The notes under the pieces are model-generated. The model ran no database searches. It was not told the origin of the DNA and worked only from the letters and a program-made list of their open reading frames with translations. Source: Bdellovibrionota bacterium (lineage in GTDB: Bacteria > Bdellovibrionota_C > UBA2361 > OMII01). Taken from it: a stretch of DNA of 64,000 nucleotides. The stretch is from NCBI GenBank assembly GCA_044356215.1, contig JBIKWQ010000004.1, positions 16,205 through 80,204 on the forward strand, given 5' to 3'. This document shows positions 20,826 to 30,049 of the stretch, piece after piece (position 1 is the stretch's first letter; each line of letters opens with the position of its first letter). The position numbers were made by a program, and so were the translations under genes.

Positions 20826-23447
20826 CTACAGAAGCTCAGATTTTAAAGTCTGATAATCAGTTTTTCCACTACCCAAAACAGGCAAGCTCTTTATCTGGCG
20901 CGCTTCGCTGATATGCACAATAGGCGGGAACCCTGCGTTCTTTAGCGCCGCGTTAGCTCCCTCTACAGAGAGGCTACCGGCGATAAACGCCACAAGCTTA
21001 GGCCTTCCATCACCCTCGCTTCCTTGTGTTAAGACCGCCACAGAAGGTGCGCCATCTGGTGAGGGAACGAGCTTTTGCAGCGCCTCCTCTACGGCGCCAA
21101 GGCTAATCATCTCGCCAGCAATCTTTATAAAGCGCTTTAGTCGACCGGTAATTACAAGTGAGCCATCCTTTATCAATCCAAGATCTCCAGAGTTGTACCA
21201 ACGCTCATTTCGATGCTCAACGAATGGATCAATGGCGGGATCAAGATATCCGTGAAAGACATTTGGGCCTTTGATCAGAATCAGCCCCTGCTCGCCCGTC
21301 GCGACAGGCTCTCTGGTCTCAGGATGAACGATAGCTAGCTCTACACCGCTTATAGGTCGACCGACCCCTATGCGTGGCTGACTTGGTCTGCCAACGCTCA
21401 CAACTGGGCTGCACTCGGTTATGCCGTATCCCTCAAGAACCTGAGCATTAGGATTAATAGCCGCGACCTGCTCAAACAATTCAGTTGGGGCGCGTTCGGC
21501 TCCCGACACTAAGGCTCTTAAGGTTTGAAATTGCGTAGCCTCGCCTGAGCTTAAGATCGATCTCAGAAACGTTGGAGTTCCAGCGGCTATCGTAGCGCTC
21601 CAAGCGGAGATAGCTTTGGCTATCTTGCGGCTCTCGTTTGGATTCGGATGATAAGCGACCTTGAGCCCTGTCATTAACGGTAAAAGGGTGCAGATCGTTA
21701 ATCCAAAAGAGTGAAAGGGTGGGAGGAACCCCAGAAGCACATCGTCTTTTGAGATGCTGAAAGCTTCTAGCACTCCACTTACGTTAGACATGATATTACG
21801 GTGGGTCAGCGGCACACCCTTAGGCAGTGCCTCTGATCCGCTTGTGAATAGAACTACAGCAGGTGAGTCAGGGTCTAACTCTCGTAGCCCGAAAGCTTCT
21901 AGGATCTGCTCAGTTGATTCTCTGGCTAGACGCTTGCCAGATATCTTGTCGCGCAAGCTTAAGTCTCGGGCGATATCCTCTAAGAGCACGAATCTATTGT
22001 CGAGAAAGTCTAGATCGGTAGGGATGAGATCTAGAAATGCTTCAGATGTGATGATCGCTGATAGTTCAGTGGCCTCGCAGGCGTGCAGGAGCGATCTCTT
22101 TCCAGCGGTCCAATTTAGGAATACCGGCGTTTTCCCTGCGAGGATCGTAGCCATCGTCACAAGCGACCCGGCCGCTGATGCGGGAAGTAGCACTCCTATA
22201 TGTGAGCCAGATAGTTGGCTGATGTAGCGAGCAAGGATGACGACCTTAAGCTTTACTTCGTTCCAACGAACTACCCCGGCGCGTGGATCGGCGAGAGCCG
22301 GCTGCTTACCGAAGCGGCTGCATGCGATTAGAAATGCTTGAGCGATAGTTGAAGCCGATCTTAGCTCCGGTTCAGGGCGTGTCGCGCTCGCTTCGCTCCA
22401 GAACTGAGGGGCAATAATTTCAGATCTGGTGGTAGTTTGATTAAGCTCACCAGCGGCTGCGCGCATCAGGGAGCCAACAGTGAGCAATTCCGAGAGCTCT
22501 ACATCGTGAACCTCAAACTCGCGATCTAACCAGATGAGTAACTCCGCGATTGAGAGTGAGTCGATCCCAAGGTCGTCTCCGAGGCGAGTATCCGGGCTAA
22601 TGCTAGCAACAGGAACCTGCGCTACGTGAGCCACCCGCGCGATAACCTTTTCGCGAATCTCATCGGGAACAGAATCAAGGGAGTGATTAGTGATAGCTCT
22701 TTCAGGTAGCTCTGGAACGCTACGATAGAGAAAGCTGTGTGATACAAGCACGGGAGCTTCGGGTTCTGGCGAGTTGTAGTGGGTCTCCAGGTATCTGTTG
22801 ATCGCCAGAGGCTCCCCATCTTTAGGAAGATCTGTAGGATTAAAAGTTATCTCGATAGAGACCTGACGGCGGGGTGTAAACAGGAAGAGGTTCTGCAAGA
22901 GGATCCTAATTCCTCGCAAGCATGTTTTTCCGACATCAGGCGTAACGCCGCCGGTAGTCGCCTTAGAGAAGATACTTCCACAGAGGCCACGGATTTTTAC
23001 CACAGCGACCTGCGCGTTCGGATAGCCTTTTAAGATCGTGTGCACCCCTGATGTTCCACCTATCCGTTCTGGGCCACTGACTGATAAGCGACCAGATGGA
23101 TAAACAAGTATGTTGTCACCGTACTCAAGTGATTGAACGATCTGGCCTAAAGCCCGCTCGATACGACGGCGTTTGTAGGGGCCAGAATCAAACTCCATAT
23201 CCGCCATAGGGATAGCTCTGATACGCTTGAGCACCGGATTAAGAAAACGCAAACGATACATGCTTTCAAGCACAACCGGGCGAGGGCGGAGGGTCTCCCA
23301 AAGAAGGGTAGTGACGATAACTGGATCAATCTCGGCTGGGTGATTAGGCAGGATTAATACGCCACGGGTCTTGGATACCTCTTCCAGCCCGGTAACGGTG
23401 ATTTTGTAGCGGAGACTCAGTAAAAGCTTAAGTATTCGTGCTAACAT
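20826..23447 (-). CDS. Acyltransferase-ACP-acyl-AMP ligase fusion (Aas-like)
   Basis: NHPAEID acyltransferase motif, LGIDSL phosphopantetheine site, FTSGSEALPKG, EGYGITE, SGKTDY; alternative start at 23465. Confidence 0.88.
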   Translation of the reverse strand: MLARILKLLLSLRYKITVTGLEEVSKTRGVLILPNHPAEIDPVIVTTLLWETLRPRPVVLESMYRLRFLNPVLKRIRAIPMADMEFDSGPYKRRRIERALGQIVQSLEYGDNILVYPSGRLSVSGPERIGGTSGVHTILKGYPNAQVAVVKIRGLCGSIFSKATTGGVTPDVGKTCLRGIRILLQNLFLFTPRRQVSIEITFNPTDLPKDGEPLAINRYLETHYNSPEPEAPVLVSHSFLYRSVPELPERAITNHSLDSVPDEIREKVIARVAHVAQVPVASISPDTRLGDDLGIDSLSIAELLIWLDREFEVHDVELSELLTVGSLMRAAAGELNQTTTRSEIIAPQFWSEASATRPEPELRSASTIAQAFLIACSRFGKQPALADPRAGVVRWNEVKLKVVILARYISQLSGSHIGVLLPASAAGSLVTMATILAGKTPVFLNWTAGKRSLLHACEATELSAIITSEAFLDLIPTDLDFLDNRFVLLEDIARDLSLRDKISGKRLARESTEQILEAFGLRELDPDSPAVVLFTSGSEALPKGVPLTHRNIMSNVSGVLEAFSISKDDVLLGFLPPFHSFGLTICTLLPLMTGLKVAYHPNPNESRKIAKAISAWSATIAAGTPTFLRSILSSGEATQFQTLRALVSGAERAPTELFEQVAAINPNAQVLEGYGITECSPVVSVGRPSQPRIGVGRPISGVELAIVHPETREPVATGEQGLILIKGPNVFHGYLDPAIDPFVEHRNERWYNSGDLGLIKDGSLVITGRLKRFIKIAGEMISLGAVEEALQKLVPSPDGAPSVAVLTQGSEGDGRPKLVAFIAGSLSVEGANAALKNAGFPPIVHISEARQIKSLPVLGSGKTDYQTLKSELL

Positions 23448-23577
23448 ACTTCTGCTAGCTTTCACTGATATGGCTGTTAATGCAAGTGAGAAGTGGGGGT
23501 TAGGTAGTATTGGGCTGTCTCGGCACTTTACGGGTCGCTAGGTCTTGGTGTAGCATCCCACGGAGTTTCTGCTTTAT

Positions 23578-23651
23578 GCGCCTTTAGCTCAGTTGGATAG
23601 AGCATCTGGCTTCGAACCAGAGGGTCGGGGGTTCGAGTCCCTCAGGGCGCG
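23578..23651 (+). tRNA. tRNA-Arg (anticodon TCG), CCA not encoded
   Basis: Cloverleaf: GCGCCTT/AGGGCGC acceptor, GCTC/GAGC D stem, TCTGG-CT TCG AA-CCAGA anticodon arm, GTTCGAGTC T loop. Confidence 0.96.
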
Positions 23652-23696
23652 TTTCTTCAATACTGTAGTTCCCCCTAATTTAATCGCGAGGGCACA

Positions 23697-24623
23697 ATGG
23701 CAAAGATCGTCGTCACCGGAGGTGCTGGTTTTATCGGCTCACACATCGTTGACCGTCTTAAAACCGGGAATGAGGTACATGTTATCGACGACCTCTCAAG
23801 TGGATTGAAGCAGAACCTCTCCCCTGATGTTAAATTGCATGAGCTTGATATCCGATCAGAACAAGCTGCTGACCTGATCGCTAAGCTTGAGCCTGATTTC
23901 TTAGTACACGCTGCAGCGCAGATCTCGGTTCGTATAAGCATGGATAAGCCAGCCGTTGATACAGACATCAACGTGACCGGACTCATAAATCTCCTTACTC
24001 CGCTGTGTCATACTAAAAATAAGGCGCATGTTGTGTTCCTCTCATCAGGAGGAGCTTGTTATGGAGAGCAGGAAGTATTCCCAGCCCCTGAGGGTCATCC
24101 GATTAGACCGGAGAGTGTCTACGGATTATCTAAGAGAGTTGGCGAGATGTATCTTGAATTCTGGTCGCGCGTTTGGGGAATTAGCAGTACATCGCTGCGA
24201 CTATCAAATGTCTATGGCCCACGTCAAAACCCTCATGGAGAAGCCGGTGTAGTGGCGATCTTCTGTGAGCGATTGTTGGCTGGCAAGGATATCGTAGTCA
24301 ACGGCAGCGGTGAGCAGACTAGAGATTTTGTTTTTGTTGGCGATGTCGCGGACGCTGTTTTTAAAGCTGTGGAGAAGCGCCCGGTTGGCGAGTTCAATAT
24401 CGGAACAGGCCGAGAGACTTCAGTCATCTCTTTGGCGACAGAGCTTAGAGATCGCGCGTGCCCTACGGCCAAGATTGACTTCGCGCCGGCCAAAGCGGGT
24501 GAGCAGATGCGCAGCGTTATCGATAACACCCTTGCAGGAAAGTTCCTCTCATGGAGCCCTAAGGTGGATATGGCCGATGGATTGGCTCGCACCCTCGAAT
24601 GGTACCGCGAAGGTAAGAGATAG
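23697..24623 (+). CDS. NAD-dependent epimerase/dehydratase (UDP-glucose 4-epimerase-like)
   Basis: TGGAGFIGSH, YGLSK catalytic motif, NVYGPRQNPHGEAGVV. Confidence 0.9.
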   Translation: MAKIVVTGGAGFIGSHIVDRLKTGNEVHVIDDLSSGLKQNLSPDVKLHELDIRSEQAADLIAKLEPDFLVHAAAQISVRISMDKPAVDTDINVTGLINLLTPLCHTKNKAHVVFLSSGGACYGEQEVFPAPEGHPIRPESVYGLSKRVGEMYLEFWSRVWGISSTSLRLSNVYGPRQNPHGEAGVVAIFCERLLAGKDIVVNGSGEQTRDFVFVGDVADAVFKAVEKRPVGEFNIGTGRETSVISLATELRDRACPTAKIDFAPAKAGEQMRSVIDNTLAGKFLSWSPKVDMADGLARTLEWYREGKR

Positions 24624-25743
24624 TCGTAGCCCGGATAATTTAATAACTATATTCATCCCGAGTGTTCACGGAGGTGGAGCCGAGCGCGCCATGCTTGTGT
24701 TCGCCTCCGAATTACTTAATTTAGGTTTTAATGTAGATCTGGTTTTAGTTAGGTTAGAGGGACAGAACGTCAGTCGGATCCCCGGTGGAGCGCGCGTTGT
24801 TGATCTAGATTGTCGGCGGATGTTGACCGCGATCCCTAAATTAATCAGATATCTTAAAAACCACCAACCGCGCGCTGTTTACTCTACCATCACTCACGCG
24901 AACATCGCGCTCGCTTTCGCTTCTAGATTCGCTCGAGTCTCATATCCGGTGGTTGTCAGACAAGCAAATGCGCCGATCTCGGAGACCAAAGATAGTATCG
25001 GACGGAAGATTGCCAGCCGAATGATTCCGCTGGCCTATGGTTATGCATCAAGGATTATAGCGGTGTCTGATGGGGTGCGTGGGGAGCTAATAAAGCTATC
25101 AAGCGGCCTGGAAACGTTGATATCGGTTATTCCTACACCTGTGATAAGCGAGCAGCTACTTGACGATGGTACTCGTACCCCAGAACATCCGTGGCTCATA
25201 CAGCCGCAGCATGATCGAGATGTGCCAGTAATATTAAGCGCAGGGAGGCTTGAGCCACACAAGGGGATGCTCGACCTAATTCGCGCATTTAAGTCGGTTA
25301 GAGATAAAAGAGCGGCGAAGTTAATTATCCTTGGAGAGGGATCGCAACGGGGAGAGCTTATACGAGCGGCTGAGTCTTTAGGAGTAGGAGATGATGTTGA
25401 CCTGGTGGGGTTTAAGAGTAATCCCTATGGTTACATGAATCACGCTAACGTATTCGCGCTAGCTTCATGGTACGAGGGGCTACCGAATGTATTGATTCAA
25501 GCCTTAGCGTTTGGCACCCCAGTAGTAGCGACAGATTGTCCAAGTGGCCCGCGGGAGATCTTGGAGGATGGCAGATTAGGGAGATTAGTCAGAGTAGGGG
25601 ATCTTACAGGTTTATCGGATGCTTTAAGTGACTCGTTAGTTTTATCTAAGAGTAGTGAAGCAAGAGAGTCAATGCTAAAGCGATTTGGGGCTCGTGAGGC
25701 TACGCTTAGGTATTTGGGGGTGGGGTGTGAGACGGGAATTTAG
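24577..25743 (+). CDS. GT4 family glycosyltransferase (start uncertain)
   Basis: GGGAER, AGRLEPHKG, EGLPNVLIQALAFGTPVVATDC; the ORF-track start at 24310 overlaps the epimerase deeply. Confidence 0.88.
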   Translation: MDWLAPSNGTAKVRDSRSPDNLITIFIPSVHGGGAERAMLVFASELLNLGFNVDLVLVRLEGQNVSRIPGGARVVDLDCRRMLTAIPKLIRYLKNHQPRAVYSTITHANIALAFASRFARVSYPVVVRQANAPISETKDSIGRKIASRMIPLAYGYASRIIAVSDGVRGELIKLSSGLETLISVIPTPVISEQLLDDGTRTPEHPWLIQPQHDRDVPVILSAGRLEPHKGMLDLIRAFKSVRDKRAAKLIILGEGSQRGELIRAAESLGVGDDVDLVGFKSNPYGYMNHANVFALASWYEGLPNVLIQALAFGTPVVATDCPSGPREILEDGRLGRLVRVGDLTGLSDALSDSLVLSKSSEARESMLKRFGAREATLRYLGVGCETGI

Positions 25744-25748
25744 GACGG

Positions 25749-26825
25749 CTACGGGGGGGTGGGAGATGCGCCTCCTCCTGGTGCTTGTTGTCGCCGCGAA
25801 TAGCGCTCTATTTCATGAAGGCGCGTGCTGGTCATAGGATGTGATGAGAGATAGCTACTGAGACCACTTTCTTCACGTCCCTCCGAGATCTTCCTTAACG
25901 CCTTGTGAAGAGCCATCGGGTCACTCCCTTTCTTCGCCAGACTATCAAGCGCAAAGCGATCAGCCTCTCGCTCATGATCTCGAGAGTTCTTCGAGTCGAT
26001 TAAGTTGATAGCCAGAGCCTGGAATACACCCGGATCTCCCCCGAACAACAGGAGCGTAGCTATCGAAATCGCCGAGCCTCGTACCAGACTCTGAGTGCCG
26101 TGATCATAAAAAAGATGCCCCATCTCATGGGCCAAAACGGCTTCTAATTCCGAATCGTCGAGTGCCTTGACTAATTTATCGGTGGCGATGATGGTATTGG
26201 GAAGGAGTGCCAGCGCGTTCGTTACCTCTTTATCTCCGCGACCCATAAGACGGGTCATCACATTCGGCTCAAGTGGAAGCGCTATGGCGGTCTGGAGCCC
26301 TTGCACTAGCTTCTTCGGGCGCGCCTGTTGCTCATCGCTTAGGCTAGTTGGCATAAACAAAATTTTATCGAGAAGCCCTAGACCCTGGGAGCCTATTTCT
26401 CGTTTCATCGCGATCGGAATATGCGGTGCCATTTTTTTCGCGATCAGCGGTAGTCCGTAGGTATACAAGGAGAACGACACACCAATGGCGAGCAGAACCA
26501 CGCAGAGAGCCGAAAGAGGACGAGTCTCGATCGTCTCTATTAGTTGGGTTAGTCTTGAAACGCCAAAACCAAATGCTTTTTTTGAGCGCGAGTCGGTGGC
26601 TACATGGATCTCGGCGCCATTCTCGAAACGTAATACGATTGGCGAGTCGCCCACTGGTCGAATAGTCTTGTACTCTAGCGGCGAAATCCTGCTAGCTCCT
26701 TCGGAATTTGGATCCAGAATAAGATCGCCATTGTCCTCTCGGAATAAAGTTCTCCGAATGGCTTTTGACGACACGCCATCAAAGAATAGTCCTTCGAACT
26801 TCTCAATGCCACCAGTCGTTTTCAC
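25749..26825 (-). CDS. M48 family metallopeptidase
   Basis: NALALLP, AVLAHEMGH (HExxH), EREAD, YLSSHP; one TM segment. Confidence 0.9.
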   Translation of the reverse strand: MKTTGGIEKFEGLFFDGVSSKAIRRTLFREDNGDLILDPNSEGASRISPLEYKTIRPVGDSPIVLRFENGAEIHVATDSRSKKAFGFGVSRLTQLIETIETRPLSALCVVLLAIGVSFSLYTYGLPLIAKKMAPHIPIAMKREIGSQGLGLLDKILFMPTSLSDEQQARPKKLVQGLQTAIALPLEPNVMTRLMGRGDKEVTNALALLPNTIIATDKLVKALDDSELEAVLAHEMGHLFYDHGTQSLVRGSAISIATLLLFGGDPGVFQALAINLIDSKNSRDHEREADRFALDSLAKKGSDPMALHKALRKISEGREESGLSSYLSSHPMTSTRLHEIERYSRRQQAPGGGASPTPP

Positions 26826-26836
26826 AGGGCCTACCT

Positions 26837-27937
26837 TTAAAAGCCAAAATCTACATCAAGGTCGTACACATCCGCGGCCTGCTCGCCGACCGAACGGATC
26901 TCCGTGCGGGCTTGCCCTGCGAAATCATCGAGGTTCTTAGGGCCGACAACGGCAAGGTTATCAAGAATAAATCGCCTAACCCTAATAACACACCACGGGC
27001 GCGCAAAACCGAGTGTCGCCAAGAGTAGGAGGGTGTTTGTTAGCGATATAAAAAAGTAGCGCTTCATAGCGGGCAGACAGCTAATAACGCAGCTTCCAAT
27101 TGTGGCGTTATCCCAGACACGACGGGCCACCCCGAGCCTCATATAGCCCGGCACCCACGCTATGACAACTAAGCCAAATAAGCTAACTGAACTGGCGATT
27201 GCCATTCGAGGTAATTGAGCAAGCGAGATATGTCCAGACTTTATCATCGCTGAGGAGATTCCGCTGGTAGCTATTCCGCATATTACGATTAACGCTCCCA
27301 CTACGAATAGTAATGTGGCAACCGCGTATACTCGGTACATCTGTCCAAGCGTTATCGGCGTCTTGAAAGAAGTGACCCCGTATTTAAGATTATTAACAGC
27401 GTATCGCTTTGAAGACAGCCGCGCCCACGGGGCGAGTAGCCATAAAGTCATAATAGCGACAACTTTTGGCAATACACATCTCGTGAACGCCTCTCCAGCG
27501 GTCCCAGCAAAGTGAAACGAAAGATTTCTATAGCTCGTGTAACGAGCCCGGAATCGAAGCGCCGCGGAGATTACCCAAGGCCAGCCAAGCGCAAAAAGCG
27601 GAACAGCAATGAGGATCCAGAGCCAAGAGATAGCACGCGCCTTAGTTATCACAATTAGAGCGGCGAAGAGAATCAGGCGACCTTTAAATATCTTCCATGG
27701 GTCCGCCGTGTATTCAAATTGCACACCGGCCAGCTCGGTATGGCTCATTAGGTACCGCTCGCGTCGCACTTTCGCCCACGGGGAATAAAATCCTAGAGTA
27801 ATAATCGTAAGAGCTACATTCACTATCCAGATGCTGAAATACTCGCGGGCCGAACCCGTGAATAAAAAAGAATGCTCAACTGACTCATCTGGAGCTGCAC
27901 GAGAGGAAGGTGGCGGAGGTGATTGCGTGACTGTCAT
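26837..27937 (-). CDS. YjgN/DUF898 family membrane protein
   Basis: FTGSAREYFSIWIVNVALTIITLGFYSPWAKVRR; usual partner of an M48 peptidase. Confidence 0.88.
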   Translation of the reverse strand: MTVTQSPPPPSSRAAPDESVEHSFLFTGSAREYFSIWIVNVALTIITLGFYSPWAKVRRERYLMSHTELAGVQFEYTADPWKIFKGRLILFAALIVITKARAISWLWILIAVPLFALGWPWVISAALRFRARYTSYRNLSFHFAGTAGEAFTRCVLPKVVAIMTLWLLAPWARLSSKRYAVNNLKYGVTSFKTPITLGQMYRVYAVATLLFVVGALIVICGIATSGISSAMIKSGHISLAQLPRMAIASSVSLFGLVVIAWVPGYMRLGVARRVWDNATIGSCVISCLPAMKRYFFISLTNTLLLLATLGFARPWCVIRVRRFILDNLAVVGPKNLDDFAGQARTEIRSVGEQAADVYDLDVDFGF

Positions 27938-28022
27938 GTTTGGCTAGTACTAGTTGAAAATCAATTGATAACAAATGGTATCAGCAAACTATGATGTCGG
28001 TAAACCGGAGATGTAGCTGGCC

Positions 28023-28409
28023 TCACAATAAATCAACCGCGCCAGTTTTTCTTAGTGTCTCGTCAGCGGTAGCGAATACAAGTTTGTTCTCAAGAGCAGT
28101 AGCCACTAAGAAGCGATCGGCTGGATCGCCGTGATCAAAGTTAAGTCTTCGCGATCTGAGCGCGATTGGAAAGGTCAGCGGGGCCTCCTTAAGCGAAAAT
28201 TCGGAGAGCGCTGATTTAATCCAAGAGGCGGGCGTTCCCTTTACCGCTAATCTGCCTCTCTCTATCAGTAAGTGAGCCTCCCAGATTGAAACCGGACTAA
28301 GGAATAGCTCGTTGTCTGGATTGTCTAGCCCGACTTTTTGCTTCTTGTTTAATCGCTTGTCACCAAGCAGGTACCAGAGCCAAATGTGGGTATCGAGCAG
28401 GATCCTCAC
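28023..28409 (-). CDS. VapC/PIN-domain toxin
   Basis: LLDTHIWLW, SPVSIWE, HGDPADRFLVATA, TAD; GTG start overlaps the antitoxin stop. Confidence 0.92.
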   Translation of the reverse strand: MRILLDTHIWLWYLLGDKRLNKKQKVGLDNPDNELFLSPVSIWEAHLLIERGRLAVKGTPASWIKSALSEFSLKEAPLTFPIALRSRRLNFDHGDPADRFLVATALENKLVFATADETLRKTGAVDLL

Positions 28410-28645
28410 TTTATGAGCGCCTCCCAATCGTTATCGGCAAGAGGGGAGACGAGGTCCCCGACTTTCCCGGATAGGGTGTCTTTTAAAGCGCCATATGAAC
28501 TCTTCGAACGCTTGGAATCTGCTGGATAAACAACCGCCAATGGCTTTCCGTTCTTTAGGATCTCGATCGGCTCGCCAGTGGTCTTTACTCGCTCAAGAAG
28601 ACGCAAACAGATAGCTTTGAACTCAGAGACGTTAATTTTTTCCAT
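28406..28645 (-). CDS. Phd/YefM family antitoxin
   Basis: INVSEFKA..LRLLERV..TGEPIEILKNGKPLA; coupled to the PIN toxin. Confidence 0.9.
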   Translation of the reverse strand: MEKINVSEFKAICLRLLERVKTTGEPIEILKNGKPLAVVYPADSKRSKSSYGALKDTLSGKVGDLVSPLADNDWEALIK

Positions 28646-28656
28646 TCTTCTTTAAG

Positions 28657-28683
28657 TATAGTCAAATTATATGACTATAGTCA
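28657..28683. promoter_or_regulatory. Putative toxin-antitoxin operator palindromes
   Basis: TATAGTCA-N7-TGACTATA plus overlapping perfect palindrome TGACTATAGTCA immediately upstream of the antitoxin. Confidence 0.65.
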
Positions 28684-29934
28684 ACTTGTATTCCTCCCCC
28701 CCAACAACACCCCAAGCATCAACAGAAACGGTCTCTGATCAAGAATATTATGACTAAAAAGCCCACCAACGGCGGCCACAATTATCAGAGCTACGCCGTT
28801 GCGGCAGCCTCGCTTCGCAAAAGTTACCATCGAGCAGATGAGGAACCCCAGGTAGGTTATTAATCCTAGCGCTCCGTTATTTATCCACTGCTGGAGATAG
28901 ATATTGTGAGGCAGCTCAGACATCGTTCGTGAGAAGCCAGTTCCGTGACCGAGTAAGGGGGCCTCCTCAATAAGTTCGATCCCCTCAACTACGGCGTCTA
29001 AGCGAGTTCCAGCGGAGCCGTCATCAACCTGCTGGTTGTTTAGTAGTCGCACAAGACGGGACTTTCCCTGTGTGCTAGAGCTTAATTGAGCGAACGTGAC
29101 AGCGAATCCAAGAGCTATCACCGCTGCTAGGCATATAATCACTATCTCCGAGGCGATTCGGGAGCGGGATAATCCGGACTTAAAGAATCTGTAATAGATA
29201 GCTATTCCTAAGAGGGCCAAAAATACTACCAGTCCGCTACGCGACATGGTCATGCAGACGGTAGAGAAAGTTAAGAGGAGCAGGATAAGGTTGAGCACCA
29301 CGCTGGTTTGATTGGCCTTTGGCGTGACGCGACCTTTTGGCGTTCCTAGATCGATCGCTCCAGCGCAGACAATCACCGCTACAAGACTTGAAAAGTTAGC
29401 GTTCCCTGAGAATCCCGCTGGGCGATTCGTTATCGGAGCAAATGTGCCTGGATGGAGGGTGTCGTACCAGACTGAGGAAGCGAGGAGCAGAAGGCTGCCC
29501 AAGGCCGAGAGCTTTACGGCGCTAGAGGTCGTGCTAAAGCGCCCCATGATCGCGGCGGATGCGGTAATACATAACCCGTATGGAATCAGCAGTATCCACT
29601 TAGCACCCTCGCTCCAGAACGCGCCGGGCAGAGCCGAGAGTATCAGGGCTAATAGAGCCACCAATGAGAAGGGGACCAGAACCGTAGCATTCTGCCTAAA
29701 GACCGTGATTGGACCTTGAACGTAGCTATGGCGCAGGTGTTTAAGCGTTAATAGAAATATAAATGGAGTCAGCGATACAAGGCATAGGATAGTAGCGCCG
29801 GTCGGTAGTTTCCCACCGTGACCAAGAGCTTGGTCAGCGACAGAGAAGAATAGGATAAGTAGAGCGAAGGTATAGCTAAAAAGAAGAAGCGATCTAAGTG
29901 AACTAGTAGGTGATCTTGAGTGTATTGAGTGCAT
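28681..29934 (-). CDS. O-antigen ligase/Wzy-like membrane protein (start uncertain)
   Basis: Multi-TM; RPAGFSGNAN, TMSRSG, PLLGHGTG, PHNIYLQ. Confidence 0.8.
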   Translation of the reverse strand: MHSIHSRSPTSSLRSLLLFSYTFALLILFFSVADQALGHGGKLPTGATILCLVSLTPFIFLLTLKHLRHSYVQGPITVFRQNATVLVPFSLVALLALILSALPGAFWSEGAKWILLIPYGLCITASAAIMGRFSTTSSAVKLSALGSLLLLASSVWYDTLHPGTFAPITNRPAGFSGNANFSSLVAVIVCAGAIDLGTPKGRVTPKANQTSVVLNLILLLLTFSTVCMTMSRSGLVVFLALLGIAIYYRFFKSGLSRSRIASEIVIICLAAVIALGFAVTFAQLSSSTQGKSRLVRLLNNQQVDDGSAGTRLDAVVEGIELIEEAPLLGHGTGFSRTMSELPHNIYLQQWINNGALGLITYLGFLICSMVTFAKRGCRNGVALIIVAAVGGLFSHNILDQRPFLLMLGVLLGGRNTS

Positions 29935-30049
29935 GAACTGCCATTTGTAAGTTTCCGCGATAATCTCGTCATTTCCACCTGGATTCCAATGCGCTAGCGC
30001 ATATCGGACTGAACGGTGTTGAGGGTAAGTTCGGTGCATTTGGCACTTT

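Noticed and set aside
23578..23651. tRNA-Arg as the integration site of an EPS island
   Set aside because: No integrase, and no duplicated tRNA 3' end found by eye in the window
23593..23808. 71-aa ORF MDRASGFEPEGRGFESL...
   Set aside because: It is a translation of the tRNA-Arg gene and the start of the epimerase in another frame
24310..24576. Long N-terminal extension of the GT4 glycosyltransferase
   Set aside because: It overlaps the epimerase coding region; GT4 motifs begin only near 24640
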